DNA of 63,245 nt, counting the filler, from Chiloscyllium plagiosum (taxonomy: Eukaryota), in NCBI RefSeq assembly GCF_004010195.1. It is 4 parts of one record of this genome, joined end to end, with 100 filler letters (N's around TTAATTAATTAA, not from the genome) between each part and the next. Parts side by side here need not be neighbours in the genome. Positions count along the whole stretch, not along the records: positions 1 to 21,390 come from NC_057712.1; positions 21,491 to 28,952 come from NC_057712.1; 2 more parts are not named here. One strand, given 5' to 3'. Both the position numbers and the translations under genes were made by a program. The notes under the pieces are model-generated. The model worked only from the letters and a program-made list of their open reading frames with translations. It was not told the origin of the DNA and did no database searches. Positions 11,560-23,686 of the stretch are shown here, one piece after another. The number at the start of each line of letters is the position of its first letter. Position 1 is the stretch's first letter.

Positions 11560-13174
11560 CTGGACTATGTATTTGTCATTTGCATCTCTTCCCTTTTCAC
11601 ATTATGTTCAGAGCTAAAATAAAGGTGGATGATTGGAAGCTGTAAACATTTTGATGGTAGCTTTCAAAGTTTTGATAGAAAATCAGCAAAACAAGGTGAA
11701 AAATAAACTTATGTACTGTACATATGCTAACCTGTGGAGAAAAGGTAACAGCCCCTGAAAACATATTGTATGATAAAAAAGGTGGTGGAAGAATCTTTTT
11801 TTTAATTCAGTGAATTGTAGAAAATACTTGCTACAGGGAATTGTTAAAACAAAGCCTATTGCGTGTCTTTTTAAAGGAAAATATTTGAAGATCAAGATAA
11901 ATAACAATGAAAAGAGATGTGGAACATCTGAGAAAAGAGCTGGTGCAATCATAAAGGGCCGAGTGGCTTCCTTCTATCTGAAAGCTTTTGTGGTTCACCC
12001 GCAGCATATCCAATAGCTCTACCTCCTTCTCTGGATTGGAACTGTCGGGTTAAAGGAAAGAAATAAGGAGGGTATCTTGTGAAAAAAAAACAATTACGTG
12101 GTGTGAATAGAACCATTGAAAATTCAGCACACTTTGAAAACATATCTACACAAGGCTAGTTCTTTGACTGTGGAGCTATTTCCTCTAATCTTTTCCTGTT
12201 TTTTTTTTATCCAGTGTCCTGTTGAATTATATAAATGAAGCTGCCAAAACCCAGTTAAAACTTGCTAACAGAATAATATCTGCAACAGACTGAATCTAAC
12301 ATTATGTGAAAGTCTGCCTGATGCTAGAGATTTCTGAATTAACATTGGCTCGATTAGCAGGGATTCCATCATCCTGCAAATAAACCCTAAGGGAGAAGAT
12401 AAGACTTAAATTGCATTGTTACGGAAAAGCGAGGCTGTGTTACAGTTCGTTTCAAATGTGCTTTCAAGATTACTCAAAATATAGCAACTGGGAATATTTC
12501 AGAATGTATCTAGGGGAATATGAGTCTTGTCAGCAAAGCCCCTGATTTATGAGACAGTTGCAAGGATAGGTTTTTCCTTCATGCTTCCCACTTCATTCTC
12601 TTCGCTTACATTTTTAGTGCTGTTTGGCTCCGTTGATTTTTATCTGAGATTACTGCGTGTTGTGGTCAGAAAACAGCAGATTGCTGCTGAAAACAAGTTT
12701 ACTTTTCTCGAGATGTGTCTGATTTAATCTCCAACATAAGTAAGTCTTTTTTAAGGCTTATGCTCAAAAGACAGTTAATTAAAACTCATCAGCACAGAGA
12801 AAGACCATTAGGTCCATTGTAGTTCTGTCATCTTTTTGGTAGCCTTCTCCAGTTAATCCCATGAGATTAAATCCTTTGACCTTCGCATTCAAATATTTAT
12901 CAAATTGCTCTTGAGAATTGATATTGATTCTGTTTTGACTGCACTCAATGCATTAAAAAAAATCACTTTGTACAACTTGCCTCTAGTTCTTCTTCCAATC
13001 ACTTTGTTTTTATGTTCTCTGCAGGCCATCCACCTTTCTGCCCCAGCAGTTCACCCTGCCTTCAGGTTTCTTAGAGGGAAAAATAGAAATAGGAATTTAT
13101 CTGAAAGCTGTGAGCAGATATTGACCCCAATTTTGGGTTTACAACTTTAGCTGTCTATCCTTGTACTGCCTTAT

Positions 13175-16100
13175 TATAGAGTCATAAACATCTACAGCAC
13201 AGAAAAAGGCTCTTTGTTCCATTGTGTTCATGCCGGTCTAAAACAACCACCTAACTATTCTAATCCCATTTTCCAGCACTTGGTCCATAGTCTTGAATGC
13301 CTTGGTTTCACAAGTACGCATCTAAATACTTCATGTAAGTTATAAGGGTTCCAACCTCTACCACCCTTACAGGTAGTGAGTTCAATTCCCACCACTCTCT
13401 GGGTGAAAGAGGTTTTTCTCACATCTCCTCTAAATCTTCTTACCCTTTCCTTAAATTTGTGTCCCCTCTTCATGATCCCTCTATCAAGAGGAAAAATGTC
13501 TTCCTCTTTATATCTTATTTATGCCCCTCATAATTTGTTGCTTCTCAATCATACCTCCTCTCAATTGCCTTTGCCAGAAGGAAATAATCCAAGTCTATCC
13601 AATCTTCTTTTATCACTGAAACTTTCCAGCACAGGCAACATCCAGTTAAATCTCCTGTGCATCCTCTCCGGTGTTATCACATTCCTCCTACAAACTGGAT
13701 TCCATAACTACACACAATACTTTGGCTGTGGCCTACTTAATATTTTAGACAGTTCCAGTATAATCTCGATGCTCTGAAACTCTAAGCCTCAACTAATAAA
13801 GATAAGTGTGCCATATGTCTGTTAACAACTTTATCTATCTATCTAAATTGATATCTTAAGAAACTGATGTATGTGCACATCAAGGTCCCTCAGATTTTTG
13901 TGCTTTCCAAGATCCTCATGGATTCACTTGCTTTCTTTCTCCTGCCAAAGCTCATCATTGCACATTTATATGGTTCAAATTCCATTTGTCACGATTCAAC
14001 CCATCTGACTAGCCTGTCTATATCTTCTTGTACTCTAAGGCTATCCTCCTCATTGTTTACCACTCACCAAATATTGTATTATCTGCAAAGCTACTGATCA
14101 ACTGACCTGCATTCAAGTCTGATTCATTTTTGTAAACCAAAAACAGATGGGTTCTTACACTGATACCTGCCGGATGTTGAACACAGACTTTCAGTCAGAA
14201 AAGCATTCCTCAACCATCACCCTCCACTTCCTGCTTCTCAGTCAATTAGGATCTAATTTTCCAAATTTGCTTGGATCTCATGGCTTTATCTCTGCTAACA
14301 GTCTCCCAATTAGGACCTTATAAACAGCATGCTAAAGTACAAATGGACTTTTTCAAAAGCACTGATCTCATCTACACAATGATGATGGTCACCGCTTCAA
14401 AAAATTCAATCAAGCTGGTCAGACATGACCTCCTCTTAATAAAACCCAGTTATAACTCACAAAACAACAGGTTTATTTGGAAGCATTAGCTTTCAAAGCA
14501 CTACTCCTTCATCATGTAGCTGTAGAATAGGACCATAAGACACAGAATTTATAGCAAAAGATTACAGTTAATTCTCTGATACAGACACACAAAAGATTTT
14601 AGACAGTTCCAGTATAATCTCGATGACATATTGAACAAACCTAAATTATTGTTTAGCCTTTCATCTTTTAGAATGGGTTGGAGGTTTCAGTTCATTAGTA
14701 TGTAAATCCCCGAACTTATTTTAAGTCACGCTCTTGAGATAACTTTAGGTTTTATTAAAAAAAAGTGACACCTCAGTTAGAAAATGCATTAAAGGTGTGA
14801 GGTTAGCGTCTGTCTGTATGCCAATTTTGAGTCAGACTACTTCTATTTCCAAAGTGGATTTTACAAAATATTACATGGATTGACTGCCTGCATTGACTGC
14901 CTGCAGATTGTGCACTTTTTGAGCAAAACAGAAGTACCTGCAAATATAATTCTGAATATACAAATTCACCCCATTGATTTATATGTGTGCGCACATGCAT
15001 GAGAGAGAAAGAGATAGAGATAGTGACTGTGTGCATGTGTGTGTGTGTGACTGCGAGCGCACATAAGAGAGTGTGTGTTTGCGTGTGCGCAAACTTCATA
15101 AAGTGTGTGTGTGAGTGCAATGGAGTGTAAGCCTGTGAGAGGATATGGGTGTGGGTGTGAGGATGGGGTGTATGTGTGTCTGTATCAGAGAAAGCATGTG
15201 TATGAGAGAGAGACTGCATGAGTGTGTGAGTATGTAACAGTGTGTGTGTATGTGTGCTTGTCTGTGTGCATGTGAGAGAGTGTATAGTGTAGTAGGGTCA
15301 CCTGAAGTATGACATGGACATAAGATCCCGGTTAAGGCCATCCCCATGGGTACCGAACTTGGCTATCAGCCTCTGCTCGGCCACTCTGCATTGTTGCCTA
15401 TTCTGAAGTCCGGCTTGGAGGATGTTCACCTGACAATCCGAGGCCAAATGTCCTAGACTGCTGAAGCTTTCCCCGACTGGGAGGGAACACCCCTGTCTGG
15501 TGATTGTTGCATCAGATTGTCCCAGTCGGGGAACACTTCAGCCGTCAGGGACATTCGGCCTCGGATCTTGGGTTACCAACCTCCAAGGCAGACTTCGGGA
15601 TAGGCAACCATGCAGCGTGACTGAATGGAGGCTGATAGCCAAGTTTGGTACCCATGAGGACGGCCTCAACCGGGACCTTGGGTTCATGTCACACTACAGG
15701 TGACCTTACTACACTACACACACACACACACACACACACCCTCTCTCAGGCTTACACTCCATCACACCCACACCATACTTTATGAATCTTGCACACACGC
15801 ATAAACACACTCTCTTGAACGAGCTGCCAGAGGAAGTGGTGGAGGTTAGTACAATTACAACATTTGAAAGGCATCTGGATGGGTATATGAACAGCAAGGG
15901 TTTGGAGGAATATGGGCCGGGTGCTGGTCGGTGGGACTAGTTTGGGTTGGGATATCTGGTTAGCATGGACGAGTTGGACCGAAGGGTCTGTTTCTGTGCT
16001 GTACCTTTGTATGACTCTATGATTTTATTTAAATCAGTTATTATGCTTCCTTCTTTGACTCTGTGTGCACTCATACTCATGCACACACTCACATGCACAT

Positions 16101-17700
16101 ACTCACTCTCTGTCTAATGCATGCGGACAAACATATAAGTCTGTGGAGAAAATTTGTATTTGCAGAATTATATTTGCAGTTACATTCTATTTTACTCAAA
16201 AAATGTATAATCTGCAGTCAGTCAATGCAGACAGTCAATCCATGTAATATTTTGTAAATTCCACTTTTGAAATAGAACTAGTCTGACTCAAGATGGGATA
16301 CAAATAGACTGTAACCTCATACCTTTAATGCATTTTCTGAGCTGAGATGTCACTTTTTTTATATAAAACCTTAAGTTATTTTGAGAATGTGACTTAAAAG
16401 AAGTTCTGGGATTTACATAATAATGAACTGAAACCTGCAACTCATTCTAAAAGATTAAAGGCTTAGCAACAATCTAGGTTTGTTCAATATATCATTTCAG
16501 TTGCATGACACTGTAACCTTTTGCCATAAATTCTGTGTCTTACGGTCCTGCTCCACAACTACCTGATGAAGGAGCAGTACCCTGAAGCTAAAGTTTCCAA
16601 ATAAACCTTATGGATTATAATCTGGTGTTTTGTGATTTTTAACTTTGCCCACCCCAGTCCAACATCAGCTCCTCCACATAATGAAACCATATTAGCCATT
16701 CCTGATTAATTCCTGCCTCTCCAAATGCAGATTAATTCTGTCCATCAGAATTGCTTTCAATAGTTTCCCCACCACTGATGTTAGACTAACTGGTCTCCTG
16801 TTTCTTGGTTTATCCCTTGCTTCCTTCCTGAATAACAGTATGGCATTGGCTGTCTTCACAATGTTTTTCAAATGTTCCTACTATTTCCATCTCGTCTCAC
16901 TCAACAACCTTGAACACATTTTTCCTGCCCTGGAAATTTATCAACTTTTAAGCCTGCCGGTTCCTTCAGAACTTCCTCTCTGGCTATGCTAATTTCTTTA
17001 ATTGCATCACAAACCTTCTCCCTGATTTCTATCTGCATAAGATCCCTCTCACCAGTACACACTGACCCAAAGTATTCATTTAGAACCCTGCCTACATCCT
17101 CTGGCTCCATGCACAAATTACCAGTGTGGTCAATAATGGGCCTGTCCTTTCCCTCATTATCCTTGCACCCTTAATGTACCTGTAAAATAACTTAGGATTT
17201 CCTTCATTTTACTTGCCAGTCTCATATTCTCTTTCAGCTATCTTAATCTCCGTTTAAGTTCCCTCTATGCTTTTCTGGGGGTTATGTTGTTTTGAGCCCT
17301 TGATATCAGCCACGAGCCTCCCTTTTTTTCCTAAGCCAATCCTGTATATCCCTTGATATTCAGTGGTCACAGGATTTAATGGTTCCATCCTCTTTCTTTA
17401 TTGAAATATGTTGCCCTTTTATGTGCTATGTTTCTTTCTTGACTGCATCCCACATTTCTAAGATAGATTTACCTGGAAATACCTGGTCCCAGTTCACTTT
17501 GACCAAATCATACCTGCTGTTTGTAAACTCAGCCTTGCCCTAGTTGACAGCTTTGAATTCAGGCCCATCCTTGTCCTTTTCCATAACAATCTTGAATGTG
17601 ACAGAGTTGTCTGCAAAATGCACCCCCACTGATAATTTAACCATTTTCTCAGCTTTGTTACCTTTAATTAAGACCCGGGCCACCCCCTCTCTTGCGGTTA
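13175..17700 (-). mobile_element. Old CR1 LINE (segments 13175-14446 and 16679-17700) split by a PLE palindrome
   Basis: Minus-strand translations RGHKFK..RRFRGDVRKTSFTQRVV and MEPEDVGRVLNEYFGSVCTGE..LKVDKFPG. Confidence 0.85.
14447..16678. mobile_element. Large head-to-head inverted PLE (family B) with CA/TG microsatellite regions; CR1 3' piece nested at ~15816-16025
   Basis: Arms invert around ccccgactggga (15471) / tcccagtcgggg (15520). GIY-YIG C-terminus LQGRLRDRQ..EWRLIAKFGTHEDGLNRDLGFMSHY. TSD taat(a/g)aaacc at 14437-14446 and 16679-16688. Confidence 0.85.
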
Positions 17701-19224
17701 TCTCTTTAGAATCCATAATTATTATTTATAAGTTTAAATTCCAGCAGGCACTTTGCTAGGATTTGATCCTATGTACCAAAAGCATGAATCTGGGCTTCTG
17801 GAGTACTAGTGACCTTGCTACTATGCCATCATCTCCCCCAAGATTACTTGATTGGCTCACTCTTAGCAGTTAGTTGGAGAATCTTTACCACTGTATTGAT
17901 CTTTGTGTTTATTTCACTGATGGGATATGGTCATCTCTGGTGGGCTGGCATATATTGCTTGTCCTTAGTTGCCCTCAAGGCACTGGAGTGAGCTGCCTTC
18001 TTGAATCATTGCAATCCATGAGTAGGCATCTACAAAGCCATTTGGGAGCTTTTGGACAAGCCTAATAAACAAAAGCATTCACAGAAAATGAAAGAAGCAC
18101 ATTTATTTATTTTAGTAGTCCCAATGAATTATTTCTTTCTTGTTTCTGTTGAGATTGTGTGTTGAAGGTTAGTCTTTCAACCTTGAAGCCTCCAGGGCAA
18201 TCCTGTAGGGTTTGCAACCTGGCTCCAGTGATAATGTAAGGCACTTAAAACCTGTATCAAGGGGGAAAAAATGTTCAAGTGAATGTCAGGAGCCAGAAGA
18301 TGTCAGTTTCCGGAACACCATGTGCTCACTGTTAAAGTGCAGAAATATGACAAGGAAATTGCCATAATTTTATAAAAAAGGACTTAAGTGCTAACTACAG
18401 TCCCAGCTGATATATTTGCTATTAGTTATTATCATTTAACTTCAGGAGAAGGATACACACCTCTGCGTTTTGGAGAATATTCTTCTTGCTTTATTCCATT
18501 TTAATTAGTCACTTGTGCAGCAAAGCAAGCAGCTTTCAAACACTGTGTACTCAGGGAACCACAGCGGTTAATATCTATCCACTGCAGCCACGGATTCTGT
18601 TCAGAAAATGTCAAAAAAAGACATGCTAAGCAAAAAAGGGAAAATAAATAAGCATAGTACTTACGCTGTATGAAATGAATGCCTTCGTGGCACAATGTTC
18701 ACTATGTGTACTATCTTTTCACACCAACCATTCTCTCTTTTGATTTAACTCTTTTACAAGTTGCACACTTGCTGAATAACAACGCTCAGTGTTAGGATAA
18801 GATGAAAAAAGCTACAAAATGGCCAATGAAAAATAGATGGCACTTTTTCTTCTTGAGCTATGTTAACATGTTTCAATTGCTTCAATCAAAATACATAGCC
18901 AACATTAATATCCACAGAAAAAGATCACTATTCATATCATGTGGGTAAAACATAGTGACCTGGATTTTCACCAGTTAGGTAGTTGTTATTTTAGCGTAGG
19001 TCAGAGTTTCACATGGGGACTCTGTGAATCCCCATTGTAGCACATTCTGAAGGAATTGCCGTGAAATTGAAAATTCCACTGGGCAATTATATGTTGACTA
19101 TGAGGACTTCAGAAAAGTGTTCATCAAGGTTCTGTATGGTAGATTAATTTGTAAGGATAGATCACATGAGCTAGCCAATTGGATACAAATTGACTTCAAG
19201 GTAGGAGACAGAGGGTTGTTTTCC

Positions 19225-21015
19225 TGTAGAAGGAGGAGTGCTGAGAGTTTGCACTCTGCTTGCTACCTGCATGAGTTGGAGAATGGAGAGAGAACTGGAA
19301 ACCCCTGCTGTCCTGGGAGGAACAGTAGCCAAGAGTCTGGGGCATTGGCTGCTGCAACCTGCCTGCTTGGAGGCACTGGAGCCTGGGACTCCGTTGTTTG
19401 GTTGTTGGAGTTGAATGTTGCTCACTGTATTGTTTGGAGCCTGATGTAATAACACCTGCTGGGACTGGGAGGAGCTGGGGCCTCAGGTGCTGCAACATTT
19501 GTACCTGGAGGGACTCAAGCCTGGACTCTGTTGCCTCTGCCGGTGTCTTTGGAGGCCTGATAGCCTGCATCTCTCCTCAGTGAGTTGAAGACTGATATAA
19601 CGACACCTTCTAATACTGAGAGGAGTCATTGCTGCTGATTGGCGCCGAGAGCCTGGAGCCACAGGTACTGCAGTCTTCCTGCCTGGAGGGGCTCAAACCT
19701 GGATTCTGTTACTGTGACTAGCCTGAGAAATCTAGTGGCCTGCATTGTTACTCATTTCATGCCTGGAGAGCCTGAAGCAAGGAGTGTGAACATTTCTCCT
19801 CAGTCGGTGTGTAACACAGCTGGTTCTTAGAGCCTGGTATTTTTTCCACTCAGTCCACTGCTGGGATGGATTAGTTCCTGGAGCCTGGATATTATTTTTC
19901 AGTCAGAGGCTTCAGGCCTGGACATTAACAGCTTGGCACCTGAGTCCTTTCCTCTGAGTGACTGTCGTTTGGAGTCTGGGGCCTAGAGCTATTTGAAGTG
20001 CAAATTATCTCCTTGTTATTACTTCTTGACTGAGGCCTATACCATTGTCATTTGCTGCCAATGACTGCTGCCTTTGGCCATTGGAGGATCTGTGGGTTGA
20101 CTAGTAGTTTGAGACATGGCTGCCTTAGAGTCTGTGCTGATGAGTGAATGCTGACAAGACGTTTTACTGTTTCTTTTCCACTATTTGGGTGAGGGCTGGT
20201 GGTGGCCCTGAATGGGGGTAGGATGATTGGAACAGCAATATCTGGGATGGACCCCAGTTATTCTTACATGGGGGGTGATTGCTTTCTCTGCTTCCCCCAG
20301 TCCTTCAGGAACATTGTCTCCTTTTACTCATATGACTAAAAAGCTCATGGTGAAATATTACAGTCACCCCAAGATGACCATGGAGGCATGTGAAATGGCT
20401 TTGGTGGAGGTAGTTGGCACCTCCACTATTATCAATGCACCAAAAATGTATGAGAAAGTGGCGTTCTTCGTGAAGACTGAGCTGGCAAAACACTTCACCC
20501 TGGAAAAGGGGCTTACTGTTGGTGGCACACTCTTGCCTGTCAATCCATTGGAATGATAGCTCGGTGGGCTATTTTACTGAATGTCCCTGAACTAACTCCA
20601 TGAAGGACAGTATCCCATTACCAAGTCACCATGGTGGTGCCCAGAAGAGCTCAGCATTGGTGGGGACATTGAAGGACCTGTTTAAGACCTTTTGACTTGC
20701 TAGGTGTCTGACAAAATCTCCATAACTTCACCTTTGTGAGACCTGGGGTGGAAGCATCCAGAATTGTCCACTTCTAAATTTCTATGGTGTATGCCTCCTG
20801 TGTTCCAAAAGTCTCCATGTGGCAGGCGCTATTTTCCAATCATAACCTGGTGTGGGCAGAACATGATCCATTCAATGCCAGGGTGAAATTGGCATACTAG
20901 CATTTTAACAGAGGATAACCTATGGTGGGATGTAGGCAAGACACACATCTGGTCTTCTATTATCAAGTATGTGTGGGGGGGTCAATGAAGAGGCAGAAAT
21001 CCAGGATAAAGGAGT
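19225..21015 (+). mobile_element. Tx1-clade (L1/Tx1) retrotransposon remnant: repetitive 5' region, ORF1 fragment, ORF2 endonuclease fragment
   Basis: ORF 20227-20556 KYYSHPKMTMEACEMALVEVVGTSTIINAPKMYEKVAFFVKT..LEKGLTVGGTLLPVNPLE resembles Tx1 ORF1. 20830-20990 reads FSNHNLVWAE..AY*HFN..WWDVGKTHI. Assignment of 19225-20200 to the element is tentative. Confidence 0.75.
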
Positions 21016-21016
21016 T

Positions 21017-21390
21017 ATAGAGTCATAGAGTCATAGAGACCCTTCAGTCCAACCCGTCCATGCCGACCAGATATCCCAACCCAATCTAGTCCCACCTGCC
21101 AGCACCAGGCCTATATCCCTCCAAACCCTTCCTATTCATATACCCATCCAAATGCCATTTAAATGTTGCAATTGTACAAGCCTCCACCACTTCCTCTGGC
21201 AGCTCATTCCATACACATACCACCCTCTGCGTGAAAAAGTTGCCCCTTAGGTCTCTTTTATATCTTTTCCCTCTCACCCTAAACCTATGCCCTCTAGTTC
21301 TGGACTCCCCGACCCCAGGGAAAAGACTTTGTCTATTTATCCTATCCATGCCCCTCATAATTTTGTAAACCTCTATAAGGTCACCCCTCA
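21017..21390 (-). mobile_element. Young CR1/HER1 LINE 3' end (runs into gap)
   Basis: ORF 21086-21358, MRGMDRINRQSLFPGVGESRTRGHRFRV; tail (atagagtc)n. Confidence 0.92.
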
Positions 21391-21571
21391 NNNNNNNNNN
21401 NNNNNNNNNNNNNNNNNNNNNNNNNNNNNNNNNNTTAATTAATTAANNNNNNNNNNNNNNNNNNNNNNNNNNNNNNNNNNNNNNNNNNNNTTCCTTGGAT
21501 GCTGCCTGACCTGCTGCGCTTTTCCAGCAACACATTTTCAGCTCTGATCTCCAGCATCTGCAGTCCTCACT

Positions 21572-23287
21572 TCCATCTCAAAGATCAGCAAGGCAGCCTT
21601 TGTGTGGAGCCACAGGAGATGGGGGAGATACTAAATGAGTATTTTGCATCAGTGTTTACTGTGGAAAAGGACACGGAAGATATAAAATGTAGGGAAATAG
21701 ATGGTGACATCTTGCAAAATGTCCATATTACAGAGGAGGAAGTACTGGATGTCTTGAAACGTATGAAGGTGGATAAATCCCCAGGACCTGATCAGGTGTA
21801 AACTCAAACTCTGTGGGAAGTGATTGCTGGGCCTCTTACTGAGATATTTGTATCATCGATAGTCACAAGTGATGTGCCAGAAGACTGGAGGCTGGCTAAC
21901 GTGGTGCCACTGTTTAAGAAAGGTGGTAAGGACAAGCCAGGCAACTATAAACCAGTGAGCCTGATGTCAGTGGTGCGCAAGTTGTTGGAGGGAACCCTGA
22001 GGGACAGGATGTACATGTATTTGGAAAGGCAAGGAACTGATTAGTGATTAGTCAACATGGCTTTATGTGTGGGAAATCATGTCTCACAAACTTGATTGAG
22101 TTTTTTAAAGAAGTAACAAAAAGGATTGATGAGGACAGAGCGGTAGACATGATCTATATGGACTTCAATAGGCATTTGACAAGGTTCACTGTGGGAGACT
22201 GGTTAGCAAGGTTAGATCTCATGAAATACAGGGAGAACTAACCATTTGGATACAGAACTGGGTCAAAGGTAGAAGACAGAGGGTGGTGATGGAGGGTTGT
22301 TTTTCAGACTGGAAACCTGTGACCAGTGGAGTGCCACAAGGATCGGTGCTGGGTCCACTCCATTTCATAATTTATGTAAATGATTTGTATGCGAGCATAA
22401 GAGGTCGAGTTAATAAGCTTGCAGATGACACCAAAATTAGAGGTGTAATGAGTCTTGATCAGATAAGCCATTGGACTGAGGAGTGGCAGATGGAGTTTAA
22501 TTTCAACAAATGCGAGGTGCTGCATTTTGGGAAAGCAAATCTTAGCAGGACTTATACACTTAATGGTAAGGTCGTGCGAGTGTTGATGAACAAAGAGACC
22601 TTGGGGTGCAGGTTCATAGCTCCTTGAAAATAGAGTCACAGGTGGTTAGGATAGTGAAGAAGGTGTTTGGTATGCTTTCCTTTATGCGTCAGAGTATTGA
22701 GTACAGGAGTTGGGACATCATGTTGCAGCTGTACAGGACATTGCCTAGGCCACTTTTGGAACATTGCTTGCAATTCTGGTCTCCTTCCTATCAGAAAGAT
22801 GTTGTGAAACTTGAAAGTGTTCAGAAAAGATTTACCAGGCTGTTGCCAGAGTTGGAGGATTTGAGCTAAAGGGAGAGGTTGAATAGGCGAGGGCTGTTTT
22901 TCCCAGAGCATCGGAGACTGAGGGGTGACCTTATAAAATCATGAGAGGTATGGATATGGTAAGTGTATCCCTGGAGTGGGGGAGTCCAAAACTAGAGGGC
23001 ATAGATTTAGGGTGAGAGGGGAAATATATAAGAGAGACCTAAGGGGCAACTGTATCACGCAGGGGGTGGTGTGTGTGTGGAATGAGCTGCCAGAGAAAGT
23101 GGTGGAGACTAGTACAATTGCAACATTTAAAAGGCATCTGGATGGGTATATGAATAGGAAAGGTTTGGAGGGATATGGGTCGGGTGCTAGCATTTGGGAC
23201 TAGATTGGGTTGGGATATCTGGTTGGCATGGGTGAGCTGTACCAAAGGGTCTGTTTCTGTGCTGTACATCTCTGAGTCTATGACTCT
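21572..23287 (+). mobile_element. 5'-truncated CR1/HER1 LINE (RT domain to 3' UTR), frameshifted; PLE pLTR end at 21491-21571
   Basis: KSPGPD, WRLANVVPLFKKG, SQHGF, SGVPQGSVLGP and ADDTK motifs. Confidence 0.93.
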
Positions 23288-23686
23288 AAATCTCCAGTTC
23301 TGTCACAAATCTCACCAAAGTCAACATCGCTTACGCCCCTATAGGATTCATTGAAACTTCAAAAATAAGAGCAAGAGTAGGTTACTCAGCTATTCAAATG
23401 CAGTCAATATGCACCATATATCCTGAAAAGGGAGGATGGCACATGTTAAAAGCTCAAATTAACACAGTAGCTGGTGCCAACATAGTATTACTGCACATAC
23501 TGCAGTATGGCACCCAGTGGCACAGGCTTCAATAATCTCACAGTAGAATGGATTACTAAATTCATACATTATGACAAACACACACTGTAGTGCCAAAATG
23601 CAAGTTCATGCAAGAGTTCCACGACTAACAGTGTTCCATAGGGATCCATACTGAGACCTCTGCTGTTTGTAATATATATATAATGA

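Noticed and set aside
18957..19085. Possible MITE (ctggattttca ... tgaaaattcca)
   Set aside because: Inverted match is only ~10 bp and imperfect, with no TSD and no second copy in the window.
21391..21490. TTAATTAATTAA palindrome centred in N runs (also 28953-29052 and 36850-36949)
   Set aside because: The identical 44N+12+44N layout three times marks an artificial all-frame-stop scaffolding linker. Adjacency across these gaps is unverified.
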